DNA from: an uncultured Candidatus Saccharibacteria bacterium
Lineage (GTDB): Bacteria > Patescibacteriota > Minisyncoccia > Minisyncoccales > GWA2-38-27
Direction of reading: 5' to 3'
NCBI GenBank assembly: GCA_964414135.1
Contig: CAYPVI010000002.1
Span: forward strand, 1-36,724
DNA length: 36,724 bases
Shown here one piece after another: positions 9,914 through 18,930 of the stretch. Within the stretch, counting starts at the first letter, position 1; the number at the start of each line of letters is the position of its first letter. The notes beneath the pieces are model-generated. The model was not told the origin of the DNA, did not search any database, and saw only the letters and a program-made list of their open reading frames with translations. A program made the position numbers and the translations under genes.

Positions 9914-10033
9914 TTAAAAATTCTTTATTATGTATCCTGCAGCGAACGAAAGTAAAGAAACTAAAATAACGGTAATAAATAATATAATATCTGCCTGATA
10001 TTTTTTGACAAAATGAATAGTTTTTGCTAACAT
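9914..10033 (-). CDS. Possible 39-aa membrane peptide (shortened from the track ORF 9914..10111)
   Basis: An internal Met gives MLAKTIHFVKKYQADIILFITVILVSLLSFAAGYIIKNF with one TM segment. The longer version overlaps the rpmA start. Confidence 0.25.
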   Translation of the reverse strand: MLAKTIHFVKKYQADIILFITVILVSLLSFAAGYIIKNF

Positions 10034-10040
10034 AACAAAT

Positions 10041-10313
10041 ATGGCTAAAACAAAATCAAAAGGAGGAACAAAATTAGGAAGAGATTCCAGACCAAAATAT
10101 CTCGGTGTCAAAATTTTTGAAGGGCAAAAAATTAAACCGGGGATGATAATTATTCGTCAGCGAGGAACAAAGTTTTGCCCTGGAAAAAATGTCAGAAAAG
10201 GATCTGATGACACTCTTTATGCGAAAAAAGCAGGAGTTGTTAAGTTTAAAACAAAACGAATCAGATGTTTTGATAATTCTCAACGAACAGCTAAAATTGT
10301 AAACGTGGAATAA
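10041..10313 (+). CDS. rpmA: 50S ribosomal protein L27
   Basis: KGGTKLGRDSRPKYLGVKIFEGQKIKPGMIIIRQRGTKFCPGKNV matches the L27 signature. Confidence 0.92.
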   Translation: MAKTKSKGGTKLGRDSRPKYLGVKIFEGQKIKPGMIIIRQRGTKFCPGKNVRKGSDDTLYAKKAGVVKFKTKRIRCFDNSQRTAKIVNVE

Positions 10314-10318
10314 GGAAC

Positions 10319-11938
10319 TTAGTTTCTTTTTATACTCGCTCTTACAAATTCTCTAAACAATGGATGAGGCCTTAATGGCCTTGATTTAAATTCCGGATGG
10401 AATTGAGTAGCTACAAAAAAAGGATGATTTTTAATTTCAATAATTTCCACTAAATCTTTTTCGGGGTTAATTCCTGCCATTATTAATCCGTTCTCTTCTA
10501 AAATTTTTCTATAATCATTATTTAATTCATAGCGATGGCGATGCCGTTCAGATATTATTTGGGTCTTGTAGGCCTTAGAACTAATGGTATTTGGCGTTAT
10601 TTTACAATTATAAGCTCCTAATCTCATTGTTCCTCCATATTTTTTTTCTTTTAAAAAAGCTTTTTGTTCGGGCATAACATCAATTACAGGTTCTTTGCAA
10701 TCTGAAAATTCAGCCGAACCGGCTCCTTTAATTTTAGCGATATTCCTAGCAAACTCAATTACTGACAATTGCATTCCTAAACAAAGTCCCAAAAAAGGGA
10801 TTTTATTTTTTCTGCAGAATTCAATTGCTTTTATCTTGCCCTCTATTCCCCTATTTCCAAATCCACCGGGAACAATTATACCGTCGTATTTCTTTAATTC
10901 TTTCAACTGAATAGGATTTTTCTCGTATTTTTCTGCTGATAACCAGAAGATTTCAGGTCTTCTCCTAAAAAAATAAGCAGCATGCTTTACCGCTTCAATC
11001 ACTGAGATATAAGAATCCATCAAAGTGAACTTACCGGTCTCAAAATATTTCCCGACTATACCAATTTTAACTGATTTCGAGGCATTCTTTATCGTTTTAA
11101 TCAGCGCCTCCCAATCTTTTAGGTCTTTTTTTCTCGGCGCCAATCCTAATTTTTTTAAAATTTGATTGCTTAAATTTTCTTTTTCAAAATTAAGAGGCAC
11201 CTCATAAATTGTTTCAATGTCTGGAGCAGAAATAACATCTTGAGGAGCAACGTTGCAAAAAATTGATATTTTTCTTTTTCTGATTTCATCTAATGGAACC
11301 GCAGAACGGGCTAAAATAATATTGGGCTGAATGCCAGCTGAATTTAGAGTTCTTACTGCGTATTGAGTTGGTTTAGTTTTCATCTCACCTATTTTACTAG
11401 GAATAGGAAGATAGCTTACTAAAATAAAAAGCACATCTTTTGGATGAGCTAATTTCATCATTCTAGCTGCTTCTAAAAAAAGCATGTTTTGATACTCCCC
11501 TACTGTTCCGCCGATTTCTATTAAAACAAAGTTTGATTTTGTTTTTTTTCCTGCTCGTTTAATTCTAGAAATAACTTCATTGGGAATATCAGGAACTACT
11601 TCTACACAACGGCCGTTATATTCTAAATTTCTTTCTCTTTTTATCACCGCCTGATAAACTCTACCTGTAGTTATGTAATTATCTGTATATATGTCTTCGT
11701 CTAAAAATCTTTCGTAGTTTCCTACGTCTTGGTCGCATTCAATCCCATCATCGGTTACAAAGACCTCTCCATGCTCAATAGGATTCATTGTTCCAGCGTC
11801 AACATTAACATAGGGGTCAATTTTAATTGCTGTCACTTTAAATCCTTTGCTTTTCAAAATTCTTCCGATAGAAGATACCGCTACCCCTTTTCCAATGCCA
11901 GACATTACACCGCCAGCAACAAAGATAAACTTAGCCAT
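10319..11938 (-). CDS. pyrG: CTP synthase
   Basis: N-terminal FIFVAGGVMSGIGKG. GATase domain with GLCLGMQ (Cys nucleophile) and HRHRYE. 539 aa. Confidence 0.95.
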   Translation of the reverse strand: MAKFIFVAGGVMSGIGKGVAVSSIGRILKSKGFKVTAIKIDPYVNVDAGTMNPIEHGEVFVTDDGIECDQDVGNYERFLDEDIYTDNYITTGRVYQAVIKRERNLEYNGRCVEVVPDIPNEVISRIKRAGKKTKSNFVLIEIGGTVGEYQNMLFLEAARMMKLAHPKDVLFILVSYLPIPSKIGEMKTKPTQYAVRTLNSAGIQPNIILARSAVPLDEIRKRKISIFCNVAPQDVISAPDIETIYEVPLNFEKENLSNQILKKLGLAPRKKDLKDWEALIKTIKNASKSVKIGIVGKYFETGKFTLMDSYISVIEAVKHAAYFFRRRPEIFWLSAEKYEKNPIQLKELKKYDGIIVPGGFGNRGIEGKIKAIEFCRKNKIPFLGLCLGMQLSVIEFARNIAKIKGAGSAEFSDCKEPVIDVMPEQKAFLKEKKYGGTMRLGAYNCKITPNTISSKAYKTQIISERHRHRYELNNDYRKILEENGLIMAGINPEKDLVEIIEIKNHPFFVATQFHPEFKSRPLRPHPLFREFVRASIKRN

Positions 11939-12387
11939 TACCGTTTTTCTTCTGTAATAATTATTCTTATCTCTGACTCTAAATTGTGTTCAAATTTAAC
12001 TTTTACTGGAAATTCACCAAGCTCTCCAATGGACTCAGCCAAATCAATCTGTTCTTTTTTAATCTTAAATCCCAATTCCTTTAATTTTTCAGAAATTTTT
12101 TGGGAGGGTATTCTTTCAAATAATTGACCGGCTTCACCAACCTTTACCGGGATTACCACCTCTATTCCATCAACCTCCGAAGCTAATTTTTGAATTTCTT
12201 TTAATTCTTCCCCAGCCCTCTTTTCCTCAATTTCTTTTTGTTCTTCTAACCATTTTAAAGCTTCTTTCGTTGCTATCTTAGCTAAACCTTTGGGAATTAA
12301 AAAATTCCTGGCATAGCCATCTTTAACTTCTTTAATTTCATATTTTTTTCCTAAATTATCTATATCTTGCAAAAGAATAATACGCAT
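11938..12387 (-). CDS. rplI: 50S ribosomal protein L9
   Basis: MRIILLQDIDNLGKKYEIKEVKDGYARNFLIPKGLA is the L9 N-domain signature. Its stop overlaps the pyrG start by 1 nt. Confidence 0.9.
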   Translation of the reverse strand: MRIILLQDIDNLGKKYEIKEVKDGYARNFLIPKGLAKIATKEALKWLEEQKEIEEKRAGEELKEIQKLASEVDGIEVVIPVKVGEAGQLFERIPSQKISEKLKELGFKIKKEQIDLAESIGELGEFPVKVKFEHNLESEIRIIITEEKR

Positions 12388-12525
12388 AGTGAAAAAATAA
12401 TTTTTAATTTTTAATTTTCAAACTGTTTATAAATTGATTCATTGTTGGATTGAACGAAGTGAGAGACTCCCCGTAGGATTGCAATTCATTGAAAATTATA
12501 AATTGAAAATTTCTATTCTATTATT

Positions 12526-13725
12526 CTACTCCATTTCTCCAATTATTTCAATAGCTTTGTCCAACTGCGGGTCTCTCTCTTCCTGATAGTCCTCTTCGGT
12601 CATCTCTACTTTAATATCCGGCTCTAATCCTTTATCGGTAATAAGATCTCCCTTAGGCGTTAGCCAGTTTGCTACTGTAATTTTTAAATTAGAGCCATCT
12701 ATTAATCCTTCTAATTTCTGAACTGAACCCTTTCCAAAAGAGGTTTCCCCGATTATTTTTATGCCCCGATTATCCCGAAGAGCTGAAGCTAAAATCTCAG
12801 ATGCAGAGGCAGACCCTTGATTGACTAAAATTACCATTGGATAATCCAAAAACTCAGCGTTACCTTCAGCTTTATAAACTTCTTGCTCTTTTTCGGCGCC
12901 AAAATCTTCAATAACCACAACTTGGCCTTTTTCTAAAAACCAACCGGCAATATCTTGAGCCCTTTCCAAATAACCCCCAGGATTACTTCTCAAATCTAAA
13001 ATTATCTTCTCGGCCGGGCTTTTTAAAACCTCGGCTGCCATTTCTCTGAAATCACGGTCAGATTTTTCAGAGAAATGATAAAGTTTAATATAGGCAATCT
13101 CTTCTCCCTCCCCGCTATCTTCACCTGCCGAGTCAAGTAACTCCCATTTCAAAGAAGGAACCTTAATAACTGCTCTTTTGAGAATAATTTCTTTTGAGTT
13201 TTCCCATTCATCCCGAAAGACAGTTAGAGTTACTTCTGTTCCTTTTGGTCCCCGAATAAGAGTTACCGCTTCCTCAATAGTAATATCCATAGTTAAAGTA
13301 TCGTCTATTTTTATAATTCTATCGCCCGGCCGAATACCGGCCTCTTGGGCTGGCGTTCCTTCTAAGGGAGCAATAACTTGAAGTTGCCCTTCTCTTATAC
13401 CGATTTCCATACCCACTCCCTCAAAACGGCCGCTTACATCTTCTAAAAATGTTTTGGCGTCTTTGGGATTAAAAAAGACAGTATAAGGATCGCCTAAAGA
13501 ATTTACCATTCCAGAAATTGCTCCATAAATTAACTCTTGAGTATCAATATCTTCTGGGTTAACATATTCTTCCTGAATTTTATGCCAGGCGTTCCAAAAA
13601 AGAGAAAAATCGAGGTCTTCCGGAGGACAGATTGGACAAATAACTATATTCTTTCCAACCAAAAATCCGGCACCAAAAACAAAAAAAATAATTCCTACTA
13701 AAATAATTTTCTTAATCAATCGCAT
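12526..13725 (-). CDS. ctpA: Carboxy-terminal processing protease (peptidase S41) with PDZ domain
   Basis: N-terminal TM segment, PDZ (GIRPGDRIIKIDD), and S41 core VILVNQGSASASEILASAL ... GKGSVQ. Confidence 0.88.
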   Translation of the reverse strand: MRLIKKIILVGIIFFVFGAGFLVGKNIVICPICPPEDLDFSLFWNAWHKIQEEYVNPEDIDTQELIYGAISGMVNSLGDPYTVFFNPKDAKTFLEDVSGRFEGVGMEIGIREGQLQVIAPLEGTPAQEAGIRPGDRIIKIDDTLTMDITIEEAVTLIRGPKGTEVTLTVFRDEWENSKEIILKRAVIKVPSLKWELLDSAGEDSGEGEEIAYIKLYHFSEKSDRDFREMAAEVLKSPAEKIILDLRSNPGGYLERAQDIAGWFLEKGQVVVIEDFGAEKEQEVYKAEGNAEFLDYPMVILVNQGSASASEILASALRDNRGIKIIGETSFGKGSVQKLEGLIDGSNLKITVANWLTPKGDLITDKGLEPDIKVEMTEEDYQEERDPQLDKAIEIIGEME

Positions 13726-13733
13726 ATTATGTT

Positions 13734-13762
13734 ATTATACCAAAAATCAATTAGCAAATCAA
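13734..13762 (-). promoter_or_regulatory. Promoter with extended -10 placed 8 nt from the ctpA ATG (leaderless or near-leaderless)
   Basis: Minus strand reads TTGATT-17 nt-(TGg)TATAAT-AACATAAT-ATG. Confidence 0.5.
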
Positions 13763-13835
13763 TAATTTTAAAAAACTACATAAAAAAACTACGAGAATCG
13801 CTCTCATGGTTTTTTATTTCTACTTTTTATTTTAC

Positions 13836-15383
13836 TTATTTCGTTTCTAAGAAAATAGCTATCATGTCAGCCAAGAATTTGGGTAATAGGTCAAGGAAAG
13901 TTTGGGGCGCCTTTTCCTCAATAATGGGCTTTTCTTCAGAAGAAGGAATTATCGGAATTGTTTCTTCTGAGGATTTTACTTCCTCGGGAGGAGGAATATG
14001 TTCTCCTGGAGTTTTCATCGGCTCGCTTTTATAGGGTTCAATCTCCTCGGGAGGAGGAATATGTTCTCCTGGAGTTTTCATCAGCTCTCCTCTTTGGAAT
14101 CCGCATTCTTCAAAATGTTCTGGTTGGGAACAATATGCCTCGCATTCTTCTTTTGTTATACAACCTCCGGGTCCATAAAATCCTTCTTTAGGCAACGGCA
14201 TCTCACCTGGAAGTATTTCTCCTTCTGTGGGGAATTCATGTCCGCCTTTTATCATTTCTTCTGCTTCTTCGGGAGAAATAAAACCTTGTTCTGTACCGAA
14301 CTTAATACATTCTTCAATATGAATTGGGTCTTTACAATAACTCTCACATTCTTTTTCACCCATACAACCACCGGGTCCGCCTTGTATCATTGTTTCTTTT
14401 TCTTTTGAAGTAATTATTCCCATTTTTTCTCCAAAACCAATACACTCTTGTATATTATCTGGATTTTCACAATATATCTCGCATTCTTCTTTACTTTGGC
14501 AATTGCCAGGGCCAGTGGTAATACCTAATTCAGTCATTTTTAAAGATTGTTCTGCTTCTTCTTCGGTTATAAATCCGGCTTTTAGGGCAAAATCAATGCA
14601 TTCTTGCATATGAGCCAAGTCATTACAATAAGCATTGCATTCCTCCTGGCTATTACATCCGCCCGGGCCCCCGGTTAAACCTGCTTCTAACATTTTCATA
14701 GCCATTTCTGCCTCTTTTTTTGGCATAAGGCCGTATTTATTAGCAAATCGTATACACTCTTGCATATGAGCCGGGTCATCACAATAAGCATCACAAGCCT
14801 TTTTTCCGCAACACCCTCCTGGCGATTCCCCGCCAGTTTTTCTCATCATAATTGCTTCTGATGGAGAAATAAGACCAGCTGCCTCAGCAAAAGAAACGCA
14901 CTCTTCCATATGTGCTGGTCCGCAGCAATAAATATCACATTGTTCTTTTCCGCGGCAATTCGGATGTTTTACTCCTTTTTTAATTCCTGATAATACTTTT
15001 TTCGCTTCTTCAAGCTCCTCCGGAGAAAGAACACCTGCCGCTTCAGCAAAAGCAACGCACATTTCCATATGTTCCGGTTCAGAGCAGTAAATATCACATT
15101 CTGCTTTACTATTGCAGGGGGGCGGCTCTATTCCTTTATTTATAGCAGTAATTATTTTTTTTGATTCCTCAAGTTCTTCTAACGGGATTAAACTATGTCT
15201 TTCGGCAAAATTAATACATTCTTCAAGATGAGAAATATCATCACAATAAACTTTGCATTTTTCCTGGCTGCTACAATCTCCCAATTCAGGAACGGGATAT
15301 CCGATCTCGCTTAGATCTTCAGCTAAAACCAAAAACCCAACAAAAAATAATAAAGATATTATAACAATAAAATATTTTTTCAT
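13836..15383 (-). CDS. Secreted cysteine-rich repeat protein: 8 repeats of C-x5-C-x3-C-x8-C plus helical linker, Pro/Glu-rich tail
   Basis: Signal peptide MKKYFIVIISLLFFVGFLVLA. Eight repeats such as CNSKAECDIYCSEPEHMEMCVAFAEAAGVLSPEELEEAKK. Two MKTPGEHIPPPEE repeats near the C-terminus. Confidence 0.8.
   Translation of the reverse strand: MKKYFIVIISLLFFVGFLVLAEDLSEIGYPVPELGDCSSQEKCKVYCDDISHLEECINFAERHSLIPLEELEESKKIITAINKGIEPPPCNSKAECDIYCSEPEHMEMCVAFAEAAGVLSPEELEEAKKVLSGIKKGVKHPNCRGKEQCDIYCCGPAHMEECVSFAEAAGLISPSEAIMMRKTGGESPGGCCGKKACDAYCDDPAHMQECIRFANKYGLMPKKEAEMAMKMLEAGLTGGPGGCNSQEECNAYCNDLAHMQECIDFALKAGFITEEEAEQSLKMTELGITTGPGNCQSKEECEIYCENPDNIQECIGFGEKMGIITSKEKETMIQGGPGGCMGEKECESYCKDPIHIEECIKFGTEQGFISPEEAEEMIKGGHEFPTEGEILPGEMPLPKEGFYGPGGCITKEECEAYCSQPEHFEECGFQRGELMKTPGEHIPPPEEIEPYKSEPMKTPGEHIPPPEEVKSSEETIPIIPSSEEKPIIEEKAPQTFLDLLPKFLADMIAIFLETK
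13981..14082. repeat. Tandem 63-nt (21-codon) direct repeat inside the Cys-rich gene
   Basis: TCCTCGGGAGGAGGAATATGTTCTCCTGGAGTTTTCATC occurs at 13981-14019 and 14044-14082. Confidence 0.9.
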
Positions 15384-15412
15384 AACTATGTTATGTAAAT
15401 TAATATATCGTA

Positions 15413-15664
15413 TTATTCAAATGGGTTTTGATAGGCCTCTTCAAAAGGATTAACCACTTTTTCAAAAGGATTAGTTGAAGGCATATTTTCCATTGGGTTA
15501 GAAACAACATCTCCTACTTCTACTTGAGAAGTTGCTCGACCAATTTCTTCGCCTTCTTCATATCCAAGCCGATGTCCGTAATAGTATCCTCCAATTCCAA
15601 TAGCAACAATTATAACCACAAAAACCGCAACTAATACTAATTGTTTTTTATTTATATTACTCAT
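15413..15664 (-). CDS. Small single-pass membrane protein with C-terminal NPFE repeats
   Basis: TM segment LVLVAVFVVIIVAIGIGGYYY. The tail has NPME..NPFEKVVNPFEEAYQNPFE. Same strand as the Cys-rich gene and 29 nt upstream of it. Confidence 0.55.
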   Translation of the reverse strand: MSNINKKQLVLVAVFVVIIVAIGIGGYYYGHRLGYEEGEEIGRATSQVEVGDVVSNPMENMPSTNPFEKVVNPFEEAYQNPFE

Positions 15665-15689
15665 TGTTTTATTATAACAGCATCAACAA

Positions 15690-15737
15690 AAAAACACTCT
15701 GTGGAAAACCTAAAACGCCTTCAGTTCTTAGGTTTTC
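15690..15737 (-). terminator. Stem-loop terminator downstream of gene 15811..17283
   Basis: GAAAACCTAA (15704-13) pairs with TTAGGTTTTC (15728-37). On the minus strand a T7 run follows 8 nt later. Confidence 0.5.
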
Positions 15738-15810
15738 ATTATGGACTTCGTGAAATTCAGCCGGAACCAGATTATACAGAAATTAAAAGAATTCCAGATG
15801 CTAAAAATAG

Positions 15811-17283
15811 CTATCGCAGCTTCTTAACAATACCTCTATTAACATCTACCTCTACTAAATCTCCATCTTTTAATGCTTTGGTTGCTATTTTGGTTCCTAC
15901 CACACAAGGTTTGCCTAATTCCCTACTTACAATAGCTGCATGTGATAATAAACCACCTTCATCGGTCACAACAGCAGCTGATTTTTGCATTACAGAAATA
16001 TAATCTGGACTTGTCATAGAGCAAACTAAAATCTCTCCTTTTTCTAATTTATAAGATTCTTTTGGAGTAAGAATTATTCTAACCCTTCCTTTAACTAAAC
16101 CAGAAGATACTGATTGCCCTTTGATTTCTTTAATATTTTTATCAATCCTACCAACATTTTCATCAATCCATTCAGTAATTTTTTTAGCATTCTCTCCTAC
16201 AATCATTTTTTCTTTTCCATCTTCCATCAAAAAAACATATCCTTCGCTTCTTTCGTCTAACTCTTTGTCTGATGTTTTCAACTTCTCTTGTAAAATATCT
16301 TCAATTTCTCTTGACTTTAGATTATTCCATTGCAAATAATCCACTTCTAATTCCTTGGCAAGTATTTTGTAAAAAGGAATTAGTTTTGAACAAGATCTTA
16401 TAGTTATTTCAACACTAAATGTTAAAAGCCAGCCAAGTTCTCTTGCTTGCTCAATAATAGAAACCAACTCTTCATCTTTTAATTTACCTAAAAGTTTCTC
16501 TGCAGTTTTCTTATTTTCAGTTTTTTGTTTTTCCTGCATTTCATACTGTGAAATAAAATCTTCTTTTAACGCATCTTTAATTCTTTTATCAAGTTCTTGC
16601 ATAGAAAGAGGTTCTAATGGCAAAATAATGAAAGTCTTCATCCATGCATATTGTTTAAGATATTTTTCTGCTTTATCTTTATAATCTTTTTTATCCCTAG
16701 CTAATTTACAGAGTTCAAAAAAATCTTTCTGCTCTTCTTGAAATATTGCTTTTTTCACAGGAAAAGATAAAACAGCAACAGCATTATTTATATCAATAAT
16801 CTTTTCTATGTTTTTATGCTGCAATTTTTCTTTAATTCTATCTGTTATTAAATTATATTCTGCTATATACCATGGAATATAAAACCAAGGAACAACAACC
16901 AACATAATATCGTCTAATCCCTTCCATAACCCAACAATATTCTCTTTAATATAGTTTTCCTTAATAGCATTAACTTTATCTGAAAATGCTTCTAATTCTC
17001 TTATTCTTTTAAGTGTTGATTTAAATATATAATCAACATACTTATCATCTTTTACAGCTTCTTTTAAAGCATTAATAATTTTCTTCTTTTCGTTTGTTTT
17101 AACATAACTTTTATTTAAAGAAGTAAACAAACAATCAAGATTCTCAACGGGAAGTTTAATTTCTTTTTGAAAATTTTTAAATATCGATCTACACCATATA
17201 TCAGACATCAAAATAGTATGTTTATCTCTTTGCCGAAATTCAAATTCCCATTCTTTTAAATTTATATCTGATTTTTTAAGCAT
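15811..17283 (-). CDS. Phosphotransferase subunit: divergent helical N-domain plus C-terminal PEP-utilizer (swivelling phosphohistidine) domain, no ATP-grasp
   Basis: C-terminus ILVCSMTSPDYISVMQKSAAVVTDEGGLLSHAAIVSRELGKPCVVGTKIATKALKDGDLVEVDVNRGIVK matches the PpsA/PPDK/rifampicin-phosphotransferase His-domain signature (GGxxSHAAIxxRE). The ~390-aa N-domain is K/E-rich with no obvious motif apart from KQYAWM. Confidence 0.8.
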   Translation of the reverse strand: MLKKSDINLKEWEFEFRQRDKHTILMSDIWCRSIFKNFQKEIKLPVENLDCLFTSLNKSYVKTNEKKKIINALKEAVKDDKYVDYIFKSTLKRIRELEAFSDKVNAIKENYIKENIVGLWKGLDDIMLVVVPWFYIPWYIAEYNLITDRIKEKLQHKNIEKIIDINNAVAVLSFPVKKAIFQEEQKDFFELCKLARDKKDYKDKAEKYLKQYAWMKTFIILPLEPLSMQELDKRIKDALKEDFISQYEMQEKQKTENKKTAEKLLGKLKDEELVSIIEQARELGWLLTFSVEITIRSCSKLIPFYKILAKELEVDYLQWNNLKSREIEDILQEKLKTSDKELDERSEGYVFLMEDGKEKMIVGENAKKITEWIDENVGRIDKNIKEIKGQSVSSGLVKGRVRIILTPKESYKLEKGEILVCSMTSPDYISVMQKSAAVVTDEGGLLSHAAIVSRELGKPCVVGTKIATKALKDGDLVEVDVNRGIVKKLR

Positions 17284-18820
17284 TTTTCTTTTTTATAATT
17301 TTAACTATTCCTTTATTAGCATCAACTAACACTAAATCTCCATCTTTTAATACTTTGGTTGCTATTTTGGTTCCTACTACGCAGGGCTTCTTAAGCTCTC
17401 TCGAAATAATCGCTGCATGACAGGTAATTCCTCCCTCATCGGTAATTATCGCCTGTGCTTTATTTATACCTTCAATAAATTGAGGTCTTGTCATAGCTGC
17501 TACAAGTATAAAATCCTTTTTCATTTTGTTGGCTTTTTCAACCTGATTTGTAATCTCCGGAGAAATAACCCATACTTTACCCCTTACAAATCCTTTATTA
17601 GCTATCTGACCTTTTAATATTTTAATTTTTGAATAATCTTGTTTAGATATATATCTAGATTCTTCTTTTAATGCCTTTTTACCCGAAAAGAAATGAATCT
17701 TTTTGTTTATCATTAATAATAAACTTTTTTTGATTCTTTTTTCTATTTCTTTTGCGGAAATTTTTATCTTTCCATCAAGAGAATTATAAACTTCATTTTC
17801 CAATAAGTATTCAGAATAATACCAATGAATAAACTTTTTGTTTTTGAGATTAATCCTATTATTTAACTCCTCAAATAGACAGGAAACCCTATAGCTACTT
17901 TCGGTCCACCAAAGCCTTACATTTAATCTTAGTTTTGCTAACGCAGCAACGTTATCTGTCAATTTCAAAAAAGAAGACGAAAACTTATATTTTTTTATAA
18001 TTTTTTTCTTTTCCGTTAATTCTAAGGGAATTCTATTTTCTAAATCGTGTAATCTTTTTTCTATATTTCTTTTTCCTAAAACGAGTAATTCTTTCGTCTT
18101 CTTTATATAATATTTTTCATCAAAAGGAGGGTTGTTTTCCTGGGTAGAAATCCAAGAATAATCATTTATCAAATTAGATAATTTCTTATTCAGATTTTTG
18201 TCCGCTCTAATAAAGCTCTTTGAGAAAACTCTCTTGGAATACTTTTTATTATTTAAGACCGATAGTGTAAAGTTTAATTGAGCTATTTCGTGTTTTGTTA
18301 ATACATTATTTGAAACAGGTTTAGTGAGTTTTGCAAATAATTCATCTCTTTTATTTAAATCAGGTTCTTTAGAAGAAATAACTTTTTTAATTTTTTCATC
18401 TATTTTAATTAAATAATCTGGTCTAGATAAATTATAATAAGCCAAAAGGTTTATGAAAGAATTAAAATATTTATTATAGATATTTTTCAATTCTTTATTA
18501 GTAACTAATGATAAATCTTTTTTATAAATCTCTCTAGATACTCTTAATAGTTTATCTCTTGCTTCATCTGCTTTCTTAATATAGTTTTTAACTTCTTTAT
18601 AATCATTTATAACTTTATCGCCGATGCTTAAAGCTCTTTCAAGTTCTTTTTCATCATAATAAATTGTGCAAACAGCGTTATTTATTGATGTAATCATATG
18701 TTTGCATTCACAGCCAGGAACTTTTGAATGCTCAATATAAGCTCTTGTGTTAGCTTCTAATCTATAAATCGGATGCTTAGCTTCCCAACGTTTCTCAAAT
18801 TTAATATTTTTATTTCTCAT
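17276..18820 (-). CDS. Phosphotransferase subunit paralogue: divergent N-domain plus C-terminal swivelling phosphohistidine domain
   Basis: C-terminus ILVAAMTRPQFIEGINKAQAIITDEGGITCHAAIISRELKKPCVVGTKIATKVLKDGDLVLVDANKGIVK. Its stop overlaps the start of the downstream gene by 8 nt. Confidence 0.8.
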   Translation of the reverse strand: MRNKNIKFEKRWEAKHPIYRLEANTRAYIEHSKVPGCECKHMITSINNAVCTIYYDEKELERALSIGDKVINDYKEVKNYIKKADEARDKLLRVSREIYKKDLSLVTNKELKNIYNKYFNSFINLLAYYNLSRPDYLIKIDEKIKKVISSKEPDLNKRDELFAKLTKPVSNNVLTKHEIAQLNFTLSVLNNKKYSKRVFSKSFIRADKNLNKKLSNLINDYSWISTQENNPPFDEKYYIKKTKELLVLGKRNIEKRLHDLENRIPLELTEKKKIIKKYKFSSSFLKLTDNVAALAKLRLNVRLWWTESSYRVSCLFEELNNRINLKNKKFIHWYYSEYLLENEVYNSLDGKIKISAKEIEKRIKKSLLLMINKKIHFFSGKKALKEESRYISKQDYSKIKILKGQIANKGFVRGKVWVISPEITNQVEKANKMKKDFILVAAMTRPQFIEGINKAQAIITDEGGITCHAAIISRELKKPCVVGTKIATKVLKDGDLVLVDANKGIVKIIKKKNA

Positions 18821-18845
18821 TTTATTAATATTTTATCCAAACCGC

Positions 18846-18874
18846 TTGACAATATTATAATTTAGGTGTATAAT
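18846..18874 (+). promoter_or_regulatory. Near-consensus sigma70 promoter with extended -10 for the phosphatase gene
   Basis: TTGACA (18846-51), 17 nt spacer, (TG)TATAAT (18869-74). AAAGGA ribosome-binding site before the ATG at 18931. Confidence 0.7.
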
Positions 18875-18930
18875 TAAGATAGTACAAAATGCACATATGG
18901 AACTAAGTTTGAATTTGAAAGGATGAAACG

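Noticed and set aside
9914-10111. Full 65-aa version of the small minus-strand ORF.
   Set aside because: Its first 26 codons overlap the L27 start region on the opposite strand. Only the shorter 39-aa version is kept, at low confidence.
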